A stretch of DNA of 64,000 nucleotides from Sedimentisphaerales bacterium (GTDB lineage: Bacteria > Planctomycetota > Phycisphaerae > Sedimentisphaerales > Anaerobacaceae), in assembly GCA_963708075.1 (NCBI GenBank), contig OY970194.1, positions 4,288,001 to 4,352,000 on the forward strand, given 5' to 3'. The notes beneath the pieces are model-generated. The model worked only from the letters and a program-made list of their open reading frames with translations, did no database searches and had not been told where the DNA came from. Below, piece after piece: positions 58,726 to 64,000 of this stretch (the first letter of the stretch is position 1; every line of letters starts with the position of its first letter). A program made the translations under genes and the position numbers.

Positions 58726-59006
58726 AACTCGTTTGACGGTGCTGATTCGATTGTGCCTGACGATCCGAGACCCCGCGGGCAAACGAGTTTGCCCGTGCCA
58801 CCCAGAATTGTGCTTTTTCAAGCTTCGGCGCCATGCTTACGCTCGAGTAAGCATGCTTTGCCCATCGAACGGAGCATGTCTACGCGAGCGTAGACATGGC
58901 ACCGGGCCTTGACAATGAAAGAATCCAAACGTTGTGCCAACTACGGTTGAGTACTTTGTGTCTCTGAGTGGCGGAAGGATTCGTGCGTGATCCGGGTCAC
59001 GCGGGC

Positions 59007-59041
59007 AAAAAAGAAGCCGCATCGTGTGTGATGCGGCTTCT
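59007..59041 (-). terminator. Rho-independent terminator
   Basis: AGAAGCCGCATC / GATGCGGCTTCT stem followed by a T run on the minus strand. Confidence 0.8.
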
Positions 59042-59077
59042 GTCGATTTCTGATTTGCGGGCACGTCGGCGCCGGGC

Positions 59078-60320
59078 TTACTCCAGCGGGACGACCTGCG
59101 TGTACTTGATGAAGGCCCGGGCCGTCGGCTCGTGCGGCTGAATCTCGCCTATGAGAACCGACCTTTTTGCCGATGAGCGAGGTCAGGTCCTGGCCCGTTG
59201 CTCCCGCCGCTGGGGCGATGTAGCAGACGGTCTTGCCCGTCTCGTCGAGGATGCGATACCGTTTGGTCTGATCCGTCGAGGGGTAAAGGCTCGACCCGGC
59301 CAGCTTGCCGACAAAGGCGAACTTGCCAAGGTCTTCGATCTGGGCCAGCCTCGCCGTGCGGGCCTCATCGATCTTGCTATTCACCTTTGCCCGCTCCTGG
59401 CTCTGCATTGCGATTTCCTTGTCGATGGTGCAGACCAGCTCGAATCGCTCGATCTGCTTGAGCGTGAATTCGGCATACTTGACGGCCTTGCCGGCCCCCT
59501 CATTCTTGGCGATCTCCTGGAGCTTTGTCTTGAACTCCGCGTAGTTCTGCTCGGACCTGGGCTTTGCGTGCATCGCTTTGACCTGCGCGACAATCGCGTA
59601 GTAGGCGTCGAGCAACTCGGATTCCGTGCCGGGCTGGACCTGTGCCTCCGCCGGAGCCTGCCCCTGAATCTGCACTCCCGGCTCGGCCGGGCCGGGCGTT
59701 GTCCGTCCCGGGCCCGCCTGGACAGGCCGGATGTATTCCGCACTCACCCACAGGTACGCGCCCTGCGGCGGAGCGATCTTGTAGTAGTCGTCCTTCTCCT
59801 CGCCCAGCAGCTTGACGGTGTCGCCGCGGAAGAGCTTGACCTGCTCGCTGGTCGAATGCATCGGCTCGACGAAGTCGGACCCGGCGTAGATGCGAACGTT
59901 GTCGCCCGTGACGATGCCGATCGTCGGGTTATCCAGATTGATGCTCACGTACTGCATCGGGATCCACGAGAAGCAGCCCGGGGGCGGCAGGACGCAGGCC
60001 CAACCCTGCTGCGTATTCACCACCTGGATGCGGTCGCTCTTGTAGAGCTTGCCGCACTTATAGAAGTTCGTGCCGGCGCCCGAGCGAAGGAATACGTCAT
60101 CGCCGGTGGCCTCCGCCACGTAGGAGCCCGTCGGTGTCTCGGCCGGCTTGGGCGTACCGATGGTCACGGGCGGCTGAGACGTCGATGCCATGTTGACATC
60201 GGTCTGAGCCCATGCCATGCCCGTCAGGCTCAGGGTGACAATCAGTGACAAGACAACGACTCCGCGACGAAATGACGCTGCGCACAGCGCGTGCCCGGAG
60301 TGATTCGTGCGAGCATACAT
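59078..60320 (-). CDS. Secreted SH3b-domain protein (frameshift near 59155)
   Basis: GGAGG RBS, signal peptide, DVFLRSGAG and NVRIYAG..YYKIAPP..LWVS SH3-like repeats; alternate frame ends FIKYTQVVPLE*. Confidence 0.72.
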
Positions 60321-60618
60321 CTTTTTTGGCCTCCTTAAAGATGTTCCCATTCATGCCCCAGGAAATACCCGCCCATAAGACGGTCCTTCAGATATCACCT
60401 TAGTATCGGCAATCTGACCTGTCAACGATGAAATTATCGGGGTTAACGCAAATAATGCGCAAAAATCGCCTCGCCTCACGCCTGTCCGGCCCCCATCGCC
60501 CCTCTGCTCCGCCACACTGTCGCGATATCCCGCAACTGCCCGGGGTCGGGCCGAATCAGCTCCAAGCGGAATCGCGGGTAATAGGCTATTTGGCACCCCT
60601 CCTTCGGCTGCGGGGGAG

Positions 60619-60990
60619 CTACGTCCGGTCTTCGCCCTGATACTCGCGAATCCGTCCGCGCTGGACTATCCAGAGTCTTCGTGTAATATCTCTCTTCTTC
60701 AAGCCGCCAATCAGCGTATTGCAGGTGTCCAAGAGGTCCGGGTGGGATGGTCTGGGCGGAAGACGAAGGACAGCAATTCCATCGTAGTTTGCAGGATCAA
60801 AGAGCAAGGGATTTCCGAAATCCAGGTCGAGAGTTACCAAGCACCTTTGCTCCGACTGACAGGCGGCGATGACCTCGCGATCTGCTGCCTTGGAGAGACC
60901 CTGGCCTCGTACCGTCTGCACATCGTATCCGGCGGACTGGAACAGAGTCGCTGCCGTTCTGCCGAGGTTCTCGTCAAGCTTGAGCTTCAT
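60619..60990 (-). CDS. DUF5615 PIN-like toxin (VapC45-like)
   Basis: MKLKLDENL, LVTLDLDFG. Confidence 0.85.
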   Translation of the reverse strand: MKLKLDENLGRTAATLFQSAGYDVQTVRGQGLSKAADREVIAACQSEQRCLVTLDLDFGNPLLFDPANYDGIAVLRLPPRPSHPDLLDTCNTLIGGLKKRDITRRLWIVQRGRIREYQGEDRT

Positions 60991-61232
60991 GTCCCGGTCC
61001 CCGTGGGAATGTCCACATATCGCTCTCGGGCCATTTCGGCGCCATAGGCAATACAGGCCAGGATGTCCTCCTCGGCCAGGTCGTATTCCTCCATGATCTG
61101 CTCCGACTTCATGCCGCCGGCCAGCAGGTCCAGGACCAGCGACACCCAGATTCGTCTTCCGCGAATGCAGGGCTTGCCGAAGCAGATGTTCGGGTCAATA
61201 GAAATCCGGTCAAGCAACTGTTCGCGAGTCAT
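60987..61232 (-). CDS. DUF433 family antitoxin
   Basis: RISIDPNICFGKPCIRGRRI, EDILACIAY; 4-bp overlap with the PIN gene. Confidence 0.9.
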   Translation of the reverse strand: MTREQLLDRISIDPNICFGKPCIRGRRIWVSLVLDLLAGGMKSEQIMEEYDLAEEDILACIAYGAEMARERYVDIPTGTGT

Positions 61233-61361
61233 ACTGCACCTGCCTTTCTCGAAGGCTGCCGATAGGTAGTCCGTTCACTGAGCGCACTGCGACTTTGATG
61301 CCAACACAAGAGTACCTTATCCGCCCGTCTCTTGCAAGAAAGCCGCCCGAGGGCGTGCTCG

Positions 61362-62555
61362 TTAGGTTTTCAGTCGGGCGAGTTCCTGGCGGCACATTTC
61401 TAACTGGTTGGGGTCGGAGAGTCGTTCGCAGGCTTTCTGGAGGTGGTCCAGGGCCTCCTGCGGCTTGTTCAGGTAGCGGGAGTAAAGGATGCCGAGCATA
61501 AGTTCCACCTGCTCGACGTACTCGTAATTGCCGTAGTGGGTGAGGAATTGCTCATAGGCTTGGGCGGCCTCCATCGTGCGCTGGCTGCTGGCCAACTGGT
61601 TGGCGACGTCGAGCAGATGCTGTCGCGGCAGAACCTGCCCGGGGTCGAGCCGGATCAATTCCAGGTACAGATCGGCCGCTGCCGACAGGTTTCGCTGCGA
61701 GATCCAGCGGCTGATCTCATGGCGGATCTGCCCGATCCGGGTCTGTTTCTGCGGGTCACCGCCCGGCTGCTGGACCTCCTTCGCCTCCACTCGCTTCCGG
61801 GCTTCCGTCCACGCGAAGGGATCGTACCCGTTCGCGACGGCATCGCGATAGAGCCGCCGGCGGTTCCAGTGCTTGATCATCGCCCACAGATCGAAGCTGC
61901 TGCTGCTCACGATCCGGGTGGCCAGAAGGAACAACGTGGTTCCTATGCCATACGCATACCCGGCCAAATGGGCGTCATACGCCACAGTGGACGCGTAGCC
62001 GGCGATCATGTTATCGAACAGGATCATCTTGAAGGCGATGAACCACAGGGCGGGCACCTCGACCGTCCCGATGAAGAAGAACCAGTAAATCACAGTGATC
62101 AGCGTCTGCGGAAACAGCACCAGGTATGCCCCGGTAACCGCCGCGACGGCGCCGCTGGCCCCGAGCGTCGGGTTGAATGAATTCGGGCTCACGAGCGTAT
62201 GGCCGACGCCGCTCAGGATGGCGCCGACCAGGTAGAACAGGATGTACCAGAAATGACCGAGCTTGTCGTTGATGTTGTTGCCGAACAGGTACAGGAAGAA
62301 CATGTTGCCGATGATGTGCATGTGGTTGGCGTGCAGGAAGGCATAGGTCAGGAACTGCCAGTATTGCCACGCCGCGGGGATCAGCATCCAGTGGACAAAC
62401 GGCGGCCGGATCATTGAGATGAAGGGTTGACCATCAAGCTCGTACTGGTAGGGCCCGCCGTAAGACAGCAGGAAGATAACAATGTTCACGGCAATGAGAG
62501 CGTAATTCGCATAGGGCGTACGCCTCGGCCATATATTGGTCCGGATCGGCAGCAT
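61362..62555 (-). CDS. Rhomboid family intramembrane protease with C-terminal TPR region
   Basis: FLHA..HIIGNM, GASGAV, AHLAG, helical repeat tail. Confidence 0.92.
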   Translation of the reverse strand: MLPIRTNIWPRRTPYANYALIAVNIVIFLLSYGGPYQYELDGQPFISMIRPPFVHWMLIPAAWQYWQFLTYAFLHANHMHIIGNMFFLYLFGNNINDKLGHFWYILFYLVGAILSGVGHTLVSPNSFNPTLGASGAVAAVTGAYLVLFPQTLITVIYWFFFIGTVEVPALWFIAFKMILFDNMIAGYASTVAYDAHLAGYAYGIGTTLFLLATRIVSSSSFDLWAMIKHWNRRRLYRDAVANGYDPFAWTEARKRVEAKEVQQPGGDPQKQTRIGQIRHEISRWISQRNLSAAADLYLELIRLDPGQVLPRQHLLDVANQLASSQRTMEAAQAYEQFLTHYGNYEYVEQVELMLGILYSRYLNKPQEALDHLQKACERLSDPNQLEMCRQELARLKT

Positions 62556-62643
62556 TCTTCAGTAGTTTTCCAGAGTCCCGATAAGAAGTACGTATTGACC
62601 AAAATACGTATTCTAATGCTGCCGGGTTGGCGCAACAAGGCAT

Positions 62644-62766
62644 AAAAAAAGGACGGCAGTCGCCGTCCTACTCATGGGAATGAGTCTTATGCAAGACAGT
62701 TCTCCCCTGCGGAAAACCTGCGAACTGCCTCACCGCAGTTGCTGCCCTCCACACGTACCTCACTCT
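62644..62766 (-). ncRNA. Candidate small RNA or small-ORF transcript
   Basis: TTGGCC-N17-TATACT (62801-62773) and terminator GGACGGC-GACT-GCCGTCC followed by seven T. Confidence 0.45.
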
Positions 62767-62953
62767 ATGGAGAGTATAGGAACAAAACCGGGAGAGGCCA
62801 AATCGACCGGCAAGAAACATGGGGCACTCCGGCGTGGATACAGACCCCCTCCCCGGCGTTTATCGCTTTATGCCTCCGGCATATTCTGGTAAACTCGGCC
62901 AACTGCCACGGATGGCGGGCTACACGAGATGTACTTGCAGATTGGACTGGATC

Positions 62954-64000
62954 ATGAAGACAGAGCACATGCAGCATCGCGTCACGAATGCTCGGGAACA
63001 ACTGGGCACGAGGCATATCGATGTGTTGATCCTTACAAAGCCTGCCAACGTTACTTACCTCACGGGTTTTTCGGGCGAGGATAGCTGGGCGATCGTCACA
63101 AAGAACGCCGTATACCTGCTGACAGACAGCCGCTACACCGAGCAGGCACAGAAGGAGTGCGTCGGAACGACCATCGTGGAGCGCAAAGACCTCATCGCGC
63201 CGTCGGCCGGCAAGCTGGTGCGAAAGCTCAAGTCAGCGAAAATCGTCGCCGTGGAGAACTCAATCCCCGTGGCGATGTATCAGGCTCTCAGAAAGAGTGC
63301 TGGTCTGCCTATCAAGACAGTGGGCAGCGTCATCGAGACCCTGCGGGCCGTCAAGGATGAGGAGGAGACCGCTGCGATCAGGACCGCCGCAGCCATCGCG
63401 GCGTCGGCGTTCAAGAGGGCCGTACGCCACGCCAGGCCGGGCGTGACGGAGAGTGAGATGGCGGGCATTCTCGACTTGGAGATGCGCCGACGAGGGGCGA
63501 AGATCGGCTTTGACACGATCGTTGCCTTCGGGCCCAACGCTTCCCGCCCGCACCACCAGCCCGGCCCAAGGAAACTGGTGGAAACGGACACTGTGCTCAT
63601 CGATTTCGGCGCCCGATACCGGGGCTACTGCTGCGATATCACCCGCAGCTTTGCCATCGGCAAGCCGACCGCCGCCTATCGCAAGGCATATCAGGTCGTG
63701 GAGAAGGCTCAGGCCGCCGCGATCCAAGCGGCCAAAGCGGGGATCGAGTTGATGCGGCTCGATGCCATCCCGCGCCGTTATTCGCAAGAATGGCCTGCCG
63801 GTCTATGGCCACGGAACCGGCCACGGATTCGGCTTGGAAATCCACGAGACCCCGTTTCTTCGTGAGAAGGCCGAGGGCAAGCTCCAAGCCGGCCAGATCA
63901 TCACCATCGAGCCCGGCGTCTACATCCCCGGCAAGCTCGGCGTCCGCATCGAAGACGATATCCTCATTACCGACGATGGCTGCGAGCTCCTCACAGGCGC
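62954..64000 (+). CDS. Xaa-Pro aminopeptidase (M24B); frameshifted near 63775 and 63860, 3' end beyond window
   Basis: YLTGF, TDSRY, LRAVK, IDFGA..YCCDITR, then HGTGHGFGLEIHE and TIEPGVY..GVRIEDD in shifted frames. Confidence 0.9.

Overview
High-GC bacterial chromosomal segment. It is most consistent with a Planctomycetota/Phycisphaerae (Sedimentisphaerales-like) genome, inferred from the large secreted LamG/discoidin protein, TAT-signal sulfatase, UroD-like protein and glycosidases. It carries a housekeeping block (pheA-tpiA-secG-yicC-gmk-rpoZ-coaC-coaB; purB-pyrE-ald), three tRNAs (Ser-GGA, Glu-CTC, Met-CAT), glycan-degradation genes, two multi-PAS signalling clusters and two toxin-antitoxin pairs. 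Several genes have single-base frameshifts, most likely assembly indels. Highlights not explained by the ORF track: (1) an open-ended ORF of at least 819 codons at the left edge fusing a metallophosphoesterase to a STAND-type NTPase (candidate anti-phage gene); (2) several palindromic REP/REPIN-like families, with a ~155-bp TIR-bounded MITE inserted into REP hairpin loops (8-bp duplications, an empty site in the same window, two identical copies 34 kb apart) that itself carries a REPIN; (3) REP hairpins in frame inside ogt and coaB; (4) a 1.8-kb cassette flanked by 40-bp direct repeats carrying a degenerate signal peptidase; (5) a Ku homologue lacking its DNA-encircling bridge; (6) two promoter-plus-hairpin units that look like small RNAs. 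No CRISPR array, rRNA, integrase or autonomous transposase was seen. All calls are from manual reading; no searches were run.
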